This document shows positions 26,144 to 39,207 of a stretch of DNA of 45,573 nt, one piece after another. Origin of the DNA: Octopus sinensis (taxonomy: Eukaryota); NCBI RefSeq assembly GCF_006345805.1, contig NW_021835101.1, forward strand, positions 1 to 45,573, given 5' to 3'. A program made the translations under genes and the position numbers. Within the stretch, counting starts at the first letter, position 1. The number at the start of each line of letters is the position of its first letter. Below the pieces are notes generated by a model. The model was not told the DNA's origin, made no database searches, and saw nothing but the letters and a program-made list of their open reading frames with translations.

Positions 26144-26939
26144 CATATATATATGTATATATATCTATCTATATATATGTATATATATGTATGTGTCCAC
26201 ACATATATATATATATAATATATATATTATATATATAATATATATATATGTGTGTGTGTGTGGTGTGTACATATATACATATGTATGTGTATTATGTACA
26301 TATATATGTTTGTATTAATATATATATAAAATTGCTTTTTATAGAAATTTAAGATATATATTTACGTATTTAATATATATATATATACATGCCCACACAC
26401 ATTCATTTATGCATAAACACATATGCACGCACACTTATGTATGTGTGTATATATATATATATATGCGTATATATGAGTGTGTTTATAAGTATATAAATAA
26501 TCATGTATGTGTGTAAAGACAAAGATATGAACAGATAGAAAGTGAGAGAGAGGGTTAGAGAAACAAAGAGCTACAAAGTGTGTGTGCGTGTGTGTGAGTG
26601 TGTTAGTGTGTGTATGTGTGTGTGTGTGTCTGTGTGTGGTTCTCTAGAATTATCTAATATTCTCGAACATTCTAAAATGTGCAGAGATCTCCGTGGAGGA
26701 TTTTGTGCCGAAGTCACAAAGATACCAAACATTTGCAAACATTATACGGTAACATAGGAAATACGATTGATTGCCTTTATGCATCCCGCCAAAAACCTTG
26801 ATTATTTTCTTACAGCTTTACTCCTGAATTGAAAATGTCAAACTTACTTGTCACCTACAAAATTACAATGGGTCGCCATTTTGTATTTTTGAAATATTTT
26901 CCAGCCAGGTTATTATCAATCAGATGCTACACCAGTTAT

Positions 26940-27265
26940 TCAACTAGAACTTATTTTATCGACCCCGAAATGATGAAAGCCAAGTCGACCTCAGTGGAAT
27001 TTGAATTCGGAACGTAAAGACGGAGGAAAATGCCGCTAAACATTTTTACCCGGCGCGCTAAGGACTCTGCCAGCTTGCTGCCTTACACAAGTACTTACTA
27101 ATATCAATACTGAGTGGAAAAGGCGACATTTCTTCCGGCGCTTTACGTTCTGAGATCAAATCCAGCCACGGTCAACTTAGCTTTTTATTCTTTCGAAGTG
27201 AACAAGATAAGGTAGCGGTTAAGTACTTGAGTCAACGTAATCAACTAGTCTCTTCCCCTCAAAAT
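26940..27265. mobile_element. Two divergently oriented decayed SINEs of the 14420 family
   Basis: 26940-27085 minus and 27120-27265 plus; gttc.ga.t.caaat.c.gc..ggtc.actt.gc.ttt motif. Confidence 0.6.
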
Positions 27266-27270
27266 TGCTG

Positions 27271-27480
27271 TGGGGACGAGTGGTTTAGTGGTTAAGGGTG
27301 TTGGACTCATGATCGTAAGATTCTTGTTTCAATTCCTGGACCGGGCGACGCATTGTGTTCTTGAGCAAAGCACTTTATTTCACGTTGCTCCATTGAAGTC
27401 AGCTGGCAAAAATCAATAAACCTGTGACGGACCGGCGTCCCATTCAAGGGGAAAATATATACACTAGGGAAACCATGAAC
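27271..27480 (+). mobile_element. tRNA-derived SINE with V-SINE-like motif
   Basis: tggtttagtggttaag, gactcatgatcgtaag, gtttcaattcc, cttgagcaaagcactt, ctgtgacggaccggcgtccc; paralog at 33196-33404. Confidence 0.8.
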
Positions 27481-28104
27481 CCAGCATCGGACCAGCGTCC
27501 GTTCGAGGGGTATGTTGTCACCATGGAAACAAGGGAAGCGATTTGTGATTCCTTGAGCATGTTATACTCCCTCTCTACAGCCCACGGGTCCACTACATTT
27601 CTGTATGTCAGTTGAGCCCTCTACTGCATATTCTGACATACGGTCTGTAGTACACTAGGGCAGTACTGTAGTTTCATTTTCTTCTATCTTCACTTCATTG
27701 TCCACTCAACGTATCTATGTTTGTAGATCCTACATTCGAAAAAGACATAAAGGGGTAGAGGCGACCTCGTGGGATTCGAAATCGGAACATGCTGGTTCTC
27801 TGCCGGTTCACTGTAGTAGAGGCAAGGGCACAGACTCTACAGGGTTGCTGTAGCTGCTAGAAATAACAGGTGGTTCCCATTTAAGTTACTCCCCATTGTT
27901 TGCAAAACGAACAGCAATATTGTGCAACACATACGCACACATACACACACATGAATATAATTATATGTATACATACATGCAAATATGTATGTATGTCTTT
28001 TCTATTTTTTAATTATTACAAATCTTCCACTGAGGAGGGAGCTGGTTTCCAACAAAGATACAAAGCTCTATCTTTGGGATGTAGTTAACACACACAAATT
28101 CACA

Positions 28105-28700
28105 TTTGGAAAAATCTTGAATATTTTTACTGTTCCGCTCACAGATTGCACTTTTAATGTATGAATCAGCCGGTCAATTTCTTTTTCTGAAAATCCCAGG
28201 TGATCCAGATTTTCCTTTAAGCATTTACTAACAAAATTTAGCGCTCCAATTGTTATTGGTATGAATATGAATTTATGGTCTCAATATAGAAGCTGGCAGT
28301 TTCGAAGCAGTTGTCCATAGATATCCTCTTTTCCTTGGATTTTAAAAGAGATATTTATAACTGCATGGCAGCTGACCTCTATGACGGCATATACTTTTGC
28401 CCCTCTGTTCCAAACAACAATATCTGGCCTGTTATGTTTACATTTGACAGAAGTTTTGATGGGAATATTCCACCAGTTTCCTTGAGTTGGTGTTTATGAA
28501 TGTATTCCATTACAGGGATGGATATTCTAAGATTATTTGAGGACAGTCTTTTTTGCAGATGGCATTGTACTTTAGCAACAACATCGTGCCACATAGGGAG
28601 GTAGTACCGTGACGACATTTTAGAACACTTGTTAATCATATGCGTGATGTCTTCCAGAGAAACATGACAGAGAGTACACATGCTGTTAGACCAATGGATT
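28105..28700 (-). pseudogene. RLE-type non-LTR retrotransposon C-terminus (R4/Dong-like): CCHC knuckle and restriction-like endonuclease
   Basis: CTLC..EDITH..C, HDVVAK, then after a frameshift KCKHNRPDIVVW..IEVSC..K..Y..IPITIGAL. Confidence 0.8.
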
Positions 28701-28763
28701 ACAAGAGCGTCACTGTAGTTAACACAGACATATTCACATTTGGAGTATGTACGTATGATATAT

Positions 28764-28841
<78 letters not shown>

Positions 28842-28929
28842 TATACTATCTATATATATATATATAATATATATATTTTATATATATATATATATATTAT
28901 ATATATATAACATATACATATATATATAC

Positions 28930-29682
28930 TTCGCAGAATTAGGTAAGTTGAAAAATATATATATATAACGAAGTAATGGTACAAAGCATTGTCTACGTAT
29001 AGCACCAATTTAGGTTTTTTGAAATATGTTTATCACATATTTCAACTGCTAAAGGCAAGTATACTGCAGTTACTGTGGAGAAAAATCTCTCTTATGTTAA
29101 AAAAGTATGAAAACACCCAATTCGTTCAGTGTTGTCATCTCTCGAGAATCTTAAACATCGATGTTTCGAGTTTATTGACTTTTGTCAATGAGCTGTAACT
29201 AAGAGAGACAACTCTGAACGAACTAAATAAAGCATGTAGCTTTATATATAATTCAGTCAACATGTTGATTTGCTCTAGTAGATTGCCCGATCGAAATAAA
29301 TAACGAAGTAATGGCGCAAAGCAGTGTTTACGTATATTCGGAATTTAGGTTAGTTGAAATATATTTGTCTGAACCAACTGCACCTTTACTTTGTTATTCA
29401 TTTCAATCGGGCGATCTATTAGGGCAGATCAGGCAACATGTTGACTGAATTATATATAAAGCTACAAGTTTTATTTAGTTCGTTCAGAGTTGTCTCTCTT
29501 TGGTATATCTCATCGACAAGAGTCAATAATCCCGAAACATCGTTGTCTGAGATTCCCGAGAGATGGCGACACTGAACGAACTGGGTGTTTTCACACCTTT
29601 TTACCATAAGAAAGATTTTTCTGCACGGTAACTGCAGTGTATTTGCCTTTAGCAGTTGAAATATGTGACTAGCCTAAATTAT

Positions 29683-29685
<3 letters not shown>
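28930..29685. repeat. Head-to-head inverted pair of a ~335-nt non-coding unit, each arm with a decayed HHR
   Basis: Arms at ~29034-29310 and ~29388-29669 are reverse complements. Direct repeat at 28966 and 29301 gives period 335. HHR remnants at 29150-29192 (-) and 29508-29552 (+). Confidence 0.85.
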
Positions 29686-29724
<39 letters not shown>

Positions 29725-29744
29725 CATATATATATATATATGTT

Positions 29745-29952
29745 TGTGTGGCTGTGTTTGTCCCCCACAACATCGCTTAAAAACCTGTGGTTGTTTTTAC
29801 GTTCCTGTAACTTAGCAGTTCGACAAATGTGATCGATAAAATAAGTAGCAGACTTAAAAAAAAGTACTGAGTCGATTCATTCGACTAAAATTCTTCAGGG
29901 TGGTGTCCCAGCATGACTACAATCTAACCACGGAAACAATGTCAAAGGTAAA
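29745..29952 (+). mobile_element. SINE 3' half (family of 15630-16210)
   Basis: Homology to 16000-16210. Confidence 0.75.
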
Positions 29953-29992
29953 ACACATAAACATATATACATATGTAATACATGTATATATA

Positions 29993-30044
<52 letters not shown>

Positions 30045-30059
30045 ATAAAACATATACGA

Positions 30060-30562
<503 letters not shown>

Positions 30563-30764
30563 ATGTATTTTACCTTGACATTGTTACATGTTCAACAAAC
30601 CATGATGCCTAAACGAAACACCAATCAACTTAAGTAATTTAGTAAAATCACGCACTGACTGGTCAGAATACGTTCTGGAGCCTATACAAATGTATTTTAG
30701 GCACACAGTTTAGCCACCATGCTACAGTTGTAAATCGTAAGACATAACTGTCAGCACTACTACA

Positions 30765-30809
30765 TGAACCTGAAGATTGCATTGTTTAATGCATGAAAGT
30801 ACTAGTTCA
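30765..30809 (+). ncRNA. Minimal type-I hammerhead ribozyme (canonical core)
   Basis: tgaac-CTGAAGA-t tgcatt gttt aatgca t-GAAA-gtac-TA-gttca. Perfect 5-bp stem I, 6-bp stem II closed by U.U, palindromic stem III (agtact), CUA triplet. Confidence 0.85.
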
Positions 30810-31451
30810 ATCAGAATGGACATTTAATATTCTGTCATTTCATTATATTATCTTTTATTTGTTATTGTAAGATTGTAAATAATACGTGAAAATCAAAGTT
30901 GTAATTTCTTTGAGTAATATATATATATGAGTGTGTGTCTGTGTGAGTGTGTATACACATACATCTAATTATGTATGCATCTCTCTCCCCTCCTCCCTCT
31001 CTCCCTTCCTATCTCTCTCCCTCTCTCTCTCTTTCTTTCTCTCTCTCTCTCTTCTTATATATATATATTTTAGAGAGAGAGAGAGAGAGAAAGAGAGAGA
31101 TAAAATAGATAGATAGATAGAGGGAGAGAGTGAGATACACGCAGACAGCTAGACAGACAGCGTGAGTGAAAGCGAGAGAAACGTGCATGGCTGTATGTAA
31201 GTATGCATAAAAACGCGGGATGGTCACAGCTGGAATCACCTTTGATAGTAAGTTTACTTGATTAATGTTTACGTGGGCATAAATAGCAACAATAATGACA
31301 ACAACGACACAGTGTCAAATCTAGCTTGACCTTATTTCGAATGAAAAAAACTATATTTGTTACTTCATTATAACTAATGAGATCAGAGGGAAACTGTAGC
31401 GCAGGGAAATACATGATGATGATGATGATGGTGCAGAAAATTATGTTCCCA

Positions 31452-31482
<31 letters not shown>

Positions 31483-31501
31483 ATATATATAATATATATA
31501 G

Positions 31502-31532
<31 letters not shown>

Positions 31533-31616
31533 GTTGTGGTGTATATATATGCAATTGTATGCCTCTCTCTCTATATCCATTTATCTATCTGTTTCCTGTC
31601 TGTCTGCCTGTCTGCC

Positions 31617-31650
<34 letters not shown>

Positions 31651-31651
31651 C

Positions 31652-31692
<41 letters not shown>

Positions 31693-32287
31693 CAAACATA
31701 CATGTACACACACACACATGTTTATATACGTACATATAGACATTGACAAATCTGAATGTATATATATTAATGTGCGTGTTACTACACTCACCATACATAC
31801 ACAGGCATAACAAGCACCCACACACACACACAAACACACACACACAAACACACACACACACACACACAGATATATATACACATACTTGTATATGTTGATG
31901 AGGACTACGTCATCCTATATTCCCCGCCGCCTGCAACAGTTTCACGCGATCTCATTAGTTATAACGAAATATCAAACAGTTACTTTTTGACATGATACAA
32001 GGTCAGAGACTGATGTTGGTGTATCTTTGTTGTTATTGTTTAACCCAAGGTCAGCCGCAAGCGAGTAGATTTATGAGTAGAGGTGGTTCTGGCCTTGAGC
32101 ATCCCATTTTTCTAAATTTCTGGGCCAAAAACACTCTAATCTATCTTTCTTTTTTGTTGATACCTTCATAGGGAGCAAGTTGATGTAGATTTGGCTGTTT
32201 CTAGCAGTTTGTCTGTTCATCAATCAATCAAGCATTCAATCAATCAATCAACCGATCAACCAATCTTTGTTTGTTTGTTTGTTTGTT

Positions 32288-32357
<70 letters not shown>

Positions 32358-32395
32358 ATCTATCTATCTATCATCTATCTTTCTATCTATCTATT

Positions 32396-32431
<36 letters not shown>

Positions 32432-32461
32432 ATATACAAACATATATATATTATATATATA

Positions 32462-32500
<39 letters not shown>

Positions 32501-33195
32501 CAACCAACACACGTACATATATATATATATATATATATACATATCTTATATATATATATACACATATACATACATGCATACACGTACACATACACACACA
32601 TACACACACATATATATATACACACTCATATATGTGCGCATTCATGCATATATATTCCTATTTAATAAAAGTAGATATAGACGTTGCTGTGTTGATTTCT
32701 CTCATCGCTCTTGAAATCGTATTCAATAATGGAAAGAAAGAACGAAAGACAGATTGAAAAAGAATTAGCAGAAGAGAAACAGAACGAGCGTCTTATAACT
32801 TTCTGAGAAATATTCATTAATTTATTAAATTTTGCAGAGATAAGTTTTCGATTATGTTGATAAAATTTAGAAAAATAATATATATTTATTGCAAATATAC
32901 AAATGAAAAATTTGTTTTGTTTGATTTTATTTCAAGTTAATAACCATCTTACTTTTGAAAATTAGTATACATTTCATCAATTTTTTTTTTTTATAAGCAC
33001 CAAGAAATTTGATAAATGTTAAATTGTAATTTATGATATTACCCATGATAGCAAAATTATAGTCCCAAAGATACCCGTCACGTGACAGATAACACTCTAG
33101 TATATATTTATATCAATGTCTATCGTTCTATCTGTGTCTGCCTGTTTCTGTGTGAGTCCGTGTTTCAGTGTGCGTGTGTGTGTGTGTGTGGGGGG

Positions 33196-33404
33196 GAGAG
33201 TGTTTGGCTTAAGTGGTTAAGTTGTATTACTCAAGATCGTAAGATTGCCGTTTCGATTCCTGGACCGGCGACGCGTGGTGTTCTTGAGCAAAACACTTCA
33301 TTTCATGTTGCTCGAATTCACTCAGCTGGCAAAAGACCAGTGATGGATTGGCGTCCCGTTCAGGTGGGGAATATACCGTCATGAAACCAAGAAACCGGCC
33401 TTCT
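33196..33404 (+). mobile_element. tRNA-derived SINE (family of 27271-27480)
   Basis: A/B-box-like head, gtgatggattggcgtcccgttcagg, gaaaccggcc tail. Confidence 0.8.
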
Positions 33405-33419
33405 GTATATATATATATT

Positions 33420-33497
<78 letters not shown>

Positions 33498-33516
33498 AAG
33501 AGAATTGTATATATAT

Positions 33517-34361
33517 AAAGTGAATCGGAAGAGATTCCTGGATGACTGTTTCATACTCTGGAATAACAACTTAAACAAACTCCTAGAATTTAAAACACTT
33601 CTGAACAGCATCCACACAAGCATTCAATCCACAATGGAATACAACCAGCAGGCACTTCTATTCCTAGGCATCTAATTAAAAAAACAAACAACAACAAAAT
33701 CGAAATAGACATATTTTATAAAACAACAGATGCAAAACAATACCTTTTCTTTAGCTCTTGCCATCCTAGACACACAAAAACAAACATCCCCTTCAAACTT
33801 GCAAGAAGAGAAGAATCAATAAGTTAATATCAGAGAAAAAAAACTAGAGATTTAAGACTACAAGAACTGAAAAACGTCCTCCTGGATAGATGCTACCCAA
33901 TCCAACTCATTAATGAAGGAATAAAACGTGCCAAATCTATCAACCTGGAGACATTAAGAAAAACCAAAGACATTAACAAAACTCTTCTTAAAACACTACC
34001 CTACATATACAACACAGACAACCCCAGAAACAAAGAAGCATTCAGAACAATCATACAAAACCTGCCAATACTACACAAGGACCCAAAACTAAAAATAATT
34101 TTACGCGACAAACAACCTGAGTCATTAAAAAAACTGCTAACTAATGCAAAATTATTCCCCTCCACAAGTTCCAAAGCAAAAACAAAATGTAATCACCCCA
34201 AAATGTTACATGCCCCAACCATTTGCAAGGTCAGAAAGCAATTTTAAACAAAGGCAACACTTTACAATTAAATCAAATTCCACTTGTTCATCCGAAGATC
34301 TGATGATCTACGTAATCAGATGCTCGGGCTGCCAGAAAGACTATATCGGTAGCACGGGGAA
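33517..34361 (+). pseudogene. Neptune-like Penelope RT C-terminus and GIY-YIG N-terminus, frameshifted
   Basis: RFLDDCFILW, DIFYKTTD..QYL.F.SCHP.H.K.NIPF.LARR, FTIKSNSTCSSEDLMIYVIRCSGCQKDYIGSTG. Confidence 0.88.
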
Positions 34362-35410
34362 TTTCTTTTTCCGTAAAGGGAAAAATGCCTCACAAGCAAC
34401 CAAAGAAATATGCACAGTTTACAGTGATGTTTCTTTATCCGAAAGAACTGTACGGAAGTGGTTCGCAAGGTTCCGAGCAGGAGATTGTAGCCTTATTGAT
34501 AAAGAGCGATCAGACAGACCATCCACTAAGTCATTGTTCAACTACATTGCACAACCTGAGAATTGGCAGAAAACCCTCAACCTATCAAAATCCGTCGTTC
34601 ATGAGCACCTGGTAAAGCTTGGGTACACAACTCGCTACGATGTTTGGGTACCACATGAGTTGAGTGAGAAGAACCTTTTGGATCGCATTTCCATCTGTGA
34701 TTCGCTTTATAAACGGAATGAAAACGCACCTTTTTTAAAGAAAATTATGACAGGTGATGAGAAATGGAATGTCTACCGAAATGTTCAGAGAAAGCGATCC
34801 TGGAGTAAGCGACATGAGCCACCCTTAACCACCCCAAAAGCGGGTCTTCTCCCTAAAAAATTTTGCTTTGTATCTGGTGGGATTGGAAAGGAATTCTGTA
34901 CTATGAGCTTCTCCCAAGTAACCAGACAATTGATTCTGAGAAATACTGCACACAACTGGAAGAGTTAAAAGCAGCAATTCAAGAGAAACGTCAAGAATTG
35001 GCCAACAGGAAGGGTGTTGTTTTCCACCATGATAATGCAAGACCGCACGTTTCTTTGAGAACCAGACAAAAATTGCTGAAGCTCGGCAGGGATGTGTTAC
35101 CCAATTCTCCCTATTCACCAGATCTTGCTCCTTCAGATTTCCACTTATTCAGGTCTCTGCAGAATGGTCTTAATAGTGTTAATGGTAAGAATTTCAATGA
35201 CTTGGATGACGTAAAAAGATACTTTGATGAATTCTTTGCCATGAAACCACCTCGATTCTGGGAAGAGGATATTTTCAAGTTAAAGGAAAGATGGAGACAC
35301 ATTGTGCAACAAGATGGTTCATGTTTGGTTGATTAAAAATGTAATGGCAAGTATTCATTGACCTTTTCTCTTCCTTTAAAAATCGGCACGAACTTTCCGG
35401 ACACCCAATG
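34362..35410 (+). pseudogene. mariner (DD34D) transposase pseudogene with 3' TIR only
   Basis: HTH (SERTVRKWFARF), WVPHEL, TGDEKW, HHDNARPH, YSPDLAPSDFHLF; frameshift near 34860; right end aatcggcacgaactttccggacacccaa. Confidence 0.92.
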
Positions 35411-35411
35411 T

Positions 35412-35472
<61 letters not shown>

Positions 35473-35948
35473 TACACACGTGCATTTACGTATGTATTTC
35501 TTATTTTCTCATACACGCGCACACACACGCACACGCACGTATACAAATATAAAAGAAAATATAATATATATATATAATAATATAAACATCTACGGTAATA
35601 TATAGTAACTTTAAGGAGGGAGAGTTCTGATCGAAAGAATAATCATAAACCAAAAGAAATATGGCCGCCTCATACACACACGTACACTTACACAGACATA
35701 CACATATACACACACGTATATGTGTGTGTGGGTGTGCGTGTGAGTGTGTATATGTGTGTGTGTGTGTGTGTAAGTTTGACTCTGGGCGCACGTATTTATT
35801 TATGTGTATTTTGTTATAAAGTATGTATGAACGGCGTCAAAGGAAATGAACAGAGTAACTTTGCAAGCATTCTGACCTATGTTCCATTTTTAGAGATGCA
35901 GTGTGAACCCTAAATCAAAGGTTGATAGAGGGTACAAGAGAGAGAGAG

Positions 35949-35989
<41 letters not shown>

Positions 35990-36454
35990 CAGGGAGATAG
36001 AGATAGAGACAAAGAGAGAAAGTGGTGGAGAAAGGGCGTGTAATGGAAAAGAGATAGTGAAAGTAGACAGACATAAATATTTATTTGTGCGAGATAATGA
36101 AATTAACTCATGAAATAAACTAATATATATATATCTATATATATATATATATATATATATATTTCGGTGTATGTAAATATGTTTGTGTATATGGATACAT
36201 ATTTATAGACATATATACAAACGACACATACGTACATACGCACATAACACACAAATATATTAGTTTAATAAATATATATATTCACACACACATATATATG
36301 CATATATATATATATTATCAGTTACATAAGTACAAACAGTAACTGACATATATGTGTGTGTGTATTTGTGTGAATATATACATATATTTCTATGTATACT
36401 CATATGTGTGTGTGTGTGAGTGAGAGAGAGAGAGAGAGAGAGAAAGAAAGAGAA

Positions 36455-36485
<31 letters not shown>

Positions 36486-37016
36486 ATGAGTGTTTGTGTG
36501 TGAGTGTGTGACTATGTGTATCGATGAATATTTCTGTTTAAAAGGGAAGGGAAGTTAATCAATAGTTAAAGAAGAAATAACCAGAGTATTTATATTTTAT
36601 CAGAAGCTGAAACGCCTGGAATCGTGACTCTGTGTTTCACACTAGGCATTATATACACTCCGGAAGAATAGAAGTAACGTGACATGCATACAGACAAATA
36701 TTCTTGAGGATATCGAAAAATGAAATGTGACTGCATGATATTACTGCACCAGCAGTCGGTTTCGCCCAGGTTCGCGTTCGCGGCTTCCGTACTAGACCGA
36801 GCAACAGAAGTTGCTTTGGAAGCAATTGCACAACGTAAAAATGTATGTCCAATAAGGGTTGCACAACACCTCTCGGAGTCTCTCCAACCTAGAGACGAGC
36901 CAGAGTAAGATATTTGGGATCAATATGGATTGCAGTTTCAAGAATATAGGCGCACAATGATCTCAAACGCAAGCAAGCAGATCTCAAAAATGGTCGATGC
37001 CATTCCCTGCATATAT

Positions 37017-37295
37017 ATAGCTTAAAGATCCAATAGATGTAGAATAAACAGAAAAAAATACTCTATCCAGTGAGAGGTAAATATCAATTTAAATACACAA
37101 CCGAAAGAGCTACTAATAATTTCATGCTATTATGATACTTAAACAGGAATATTTAAATACACAACTGAAGGAGCCATGCATAAACAGAGCCTGAATGATT
37201 GCTTTAAGATACATGCGGTATTTTATAAATATGCCTGTTCAAGTATCATAATAGCCTGAAACTACTAGTAGCTATTCGGTTGTGTATTTAAATTG

Positions 37296-37300
<5 letters not shown>
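37017..37300. repeat. Head-to-head inverted fragments of an HHR-bearing repeat
   Basis: 37081-37147 is the reverse complement of 37234-37299; a third partial copy lies at 37151-37174. Confidence 0.8.
37186..37275 (+). ncRNA. Variant type-I hammerhead (CUGAAUGA core, long stem II)
   Basis: agagc-CTGAATGA-ttgct..gatac...gtatc..agcct-GAAA-ctactag-TA-gctat. The inverted copy has gctct, which restores a 5-bp stem I. Confidence 0.6.
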
Positions 37301-37326
<26 letters not shown>

Positions 37327-37614
37327 CAAACATACATATATATATGTATGTATGTATATATATATATTATATATATAGGTATTTCGTTGTGTAATTGTCC
37401 TGTACACCATTTTTGTTGTTTTTAAAAAATGTCCAGTTCCTTTGGTTTGTGTCTATGTTTTCGTTTCTCTTTGTGTTCGATGTCCCTTTGGTGTCCTGTA
37501 CTCATATATGCGTGTATATGTACATGTAGAGGTAGGTACGTACATATATGTTTATATATATGCATATGTTTTATTTCATTTATTAATATATATATATATA
37601 CATATATATATGTA

Positions 37615-37937
37615 TATAAGGATATTGTTAATAATTTACAATAATATTAGTGGCCAGCATGTGTAAAAGAACCATAAAGGTAAAATTATCAATTAATAAT
37701 GAAGCGTGCTACTTGTAACTCCAGCATCATAAAAATACCAGTCAAAACGACTCACCCACAGTTTTCAGTTATGCACAGGGACGAAATCGAGGGAACGAGC
37801 AGTAAAATTTTAAGACCCCTGTAGCATAGACGAAAAGAATCGAAAATGAAAATCAGACATACCCATATCACAGTGATTTCGAACTTTGAGAACGATCACT
37901 TTGTTCTCATCAGTGAGTAATACTGACCAGGGCCAAC
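37615..37937 (-). mobile_element. Non-coding HHR-bearing unit (retrozyme-like or Penelope pLTR), copy 1
   Basis: Reverse-complement homology to 39208-39292 and 39377-39565; contains the intact HHR at 37860-37919. Confidence 0.75.
37860..37919 (-). ncRNA. Type-I hammerhead ribozyme (canonical core)
   Basis: Minus strand: tactca-CTGATGA-gaac..gttc-GAAA-tcac t gtga-TA-tgggta. 6-bp stem I, 4-bp stem II, near-palindromic stem III, AUA triplet. Confidence 0.88.
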
Positions 37938-39207
37938 TAGTAGCTTCCACGTTGTGATTTCCGGGTAAGAAACTGGTTCTTGGTGACCAGCTTTTTGTTC
38001 ATAGTGCTGGCCGCCTGCCCTACTATCCCAAGGATACTTAGAGTATCTCCCTTGAAGACTTTGAGAAAATTGTGGTTTTGGTACTTGATTGCAGTTATTA
38101 CTGTCTTCATATTTCCGTACGTTTCTGGCATTTGGACACTATGACCAATTGGCACAGATGCAGCTGTGTTGCCATTGTAGAGAAGAACACCCTTTAAACT
38201 TCTGTTAGAAGAATCAATGAAGAGCTCCATTCATCTACTTTGTACGACATCCCCATATGTTCAATAAGGCCAGAAAATTTTGAACAGAAAACTAAAGAAT
38301 ACTCTTTCTTAAAGAACTGAGTGAATCCCACTTCACAATGACGGTACCAAGCGAATGTTGTTCCAGGAGCTATAAGTGTGTTTCTGCAGTCTACAGCCAA
38401 GTAACTGCACGTTCTTTTGGAAGGTTAAGGTCTCTAACCAAGTCATTGAGCTCAACTTGGTTGAAGAATTTAGGATCGCCATTTGTTGGTGGACCATCGA
38501 CCACTTCCATCTCATTAGTATCATAAGTATCAGACTCTGATGAACTTTCCCATGTCTCAGGTGACACATGTATAGGAATATCAGGAATATCATCTGAGTG
38601 TGGAACATGCCTTATTGCTGAAGGAATATTTGGGTATATCATGCGAACTTTAGTATTTTTGTTGAATCCGGTTACTTTAGTTATACAAAAGTAGCAGTCA
38701 TCATAGTGGTTCATCTGCTCCCGCCACACCATTGGTACTCCAATGGGCATACATTCAAGTTTTCCGACTGACCACATTTGAAAGCTTACTGATGCAACTC
38801 TTGCAAGCTTTGTGAGGTGCAAATGGCTTGTCCTGGTCTCCCAGTTTGCAGCCAAAATAAGCTAAATAGCTGCGCTTCAGCAAAGGAGTAATATTGCTCC
38901 GGGAGTCTGAAGGGGTGAATTGCCCGCAGACATAGCAAGAAATATCTGGTGAATTGATGCAGCCTCTAGACATATTCACAGACCGAAAATAAAGAAAAAT
39001 ATATTAGATTTAACGTTCAAGTCAATATAAGGTAAGCGTTTTAATTTATCATTTACTTGTTATACGAAAAGAGAAAATTAACGTCTCCGTATAACTTGAC
39101 AACCTGATGTGATAGAGATGGATAAAAAACACAATGACTCATTATTTTTCATATATATTCAGCAAAAGATACCATACAGCCAATAAATTAAATCATGCAC
39201 ACCAGTG
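37937..39207 (-). mobile_element. Chapaev3 (CMC superfamily) DNA transposon, 3'-truncated, frameshifted transposase (ATG ~38973)
   Basis: CYVCG..YFGCKLGDQDKPFAPH..C..C, PMVWRE..NH..DCYFC, ELNDLVRDL, LFIDSSNRSLKGVLL, WDSRA..HY. 5' end CACTG preceded by TAA (plus cagtg-tta, 39203-39210), matching CAC termini and TWA targets. Confidence 0.82.

Noticed and set aside
26685-26748. Possible exon (ISVEDFVPKSQRYQTFANIIR, cag|...|gtaaca)
   Set aside because: Weak pyrimidine tract, 64-nt length, and surrounding sequence (gtcgccattttgtattttt) resembles decayed DNA-transposon ends.
31373-31405. CTAATGA...GAAA as a hammerhead
   Set aside because: No stem II or stem I pairing in either this or the inverted copy.
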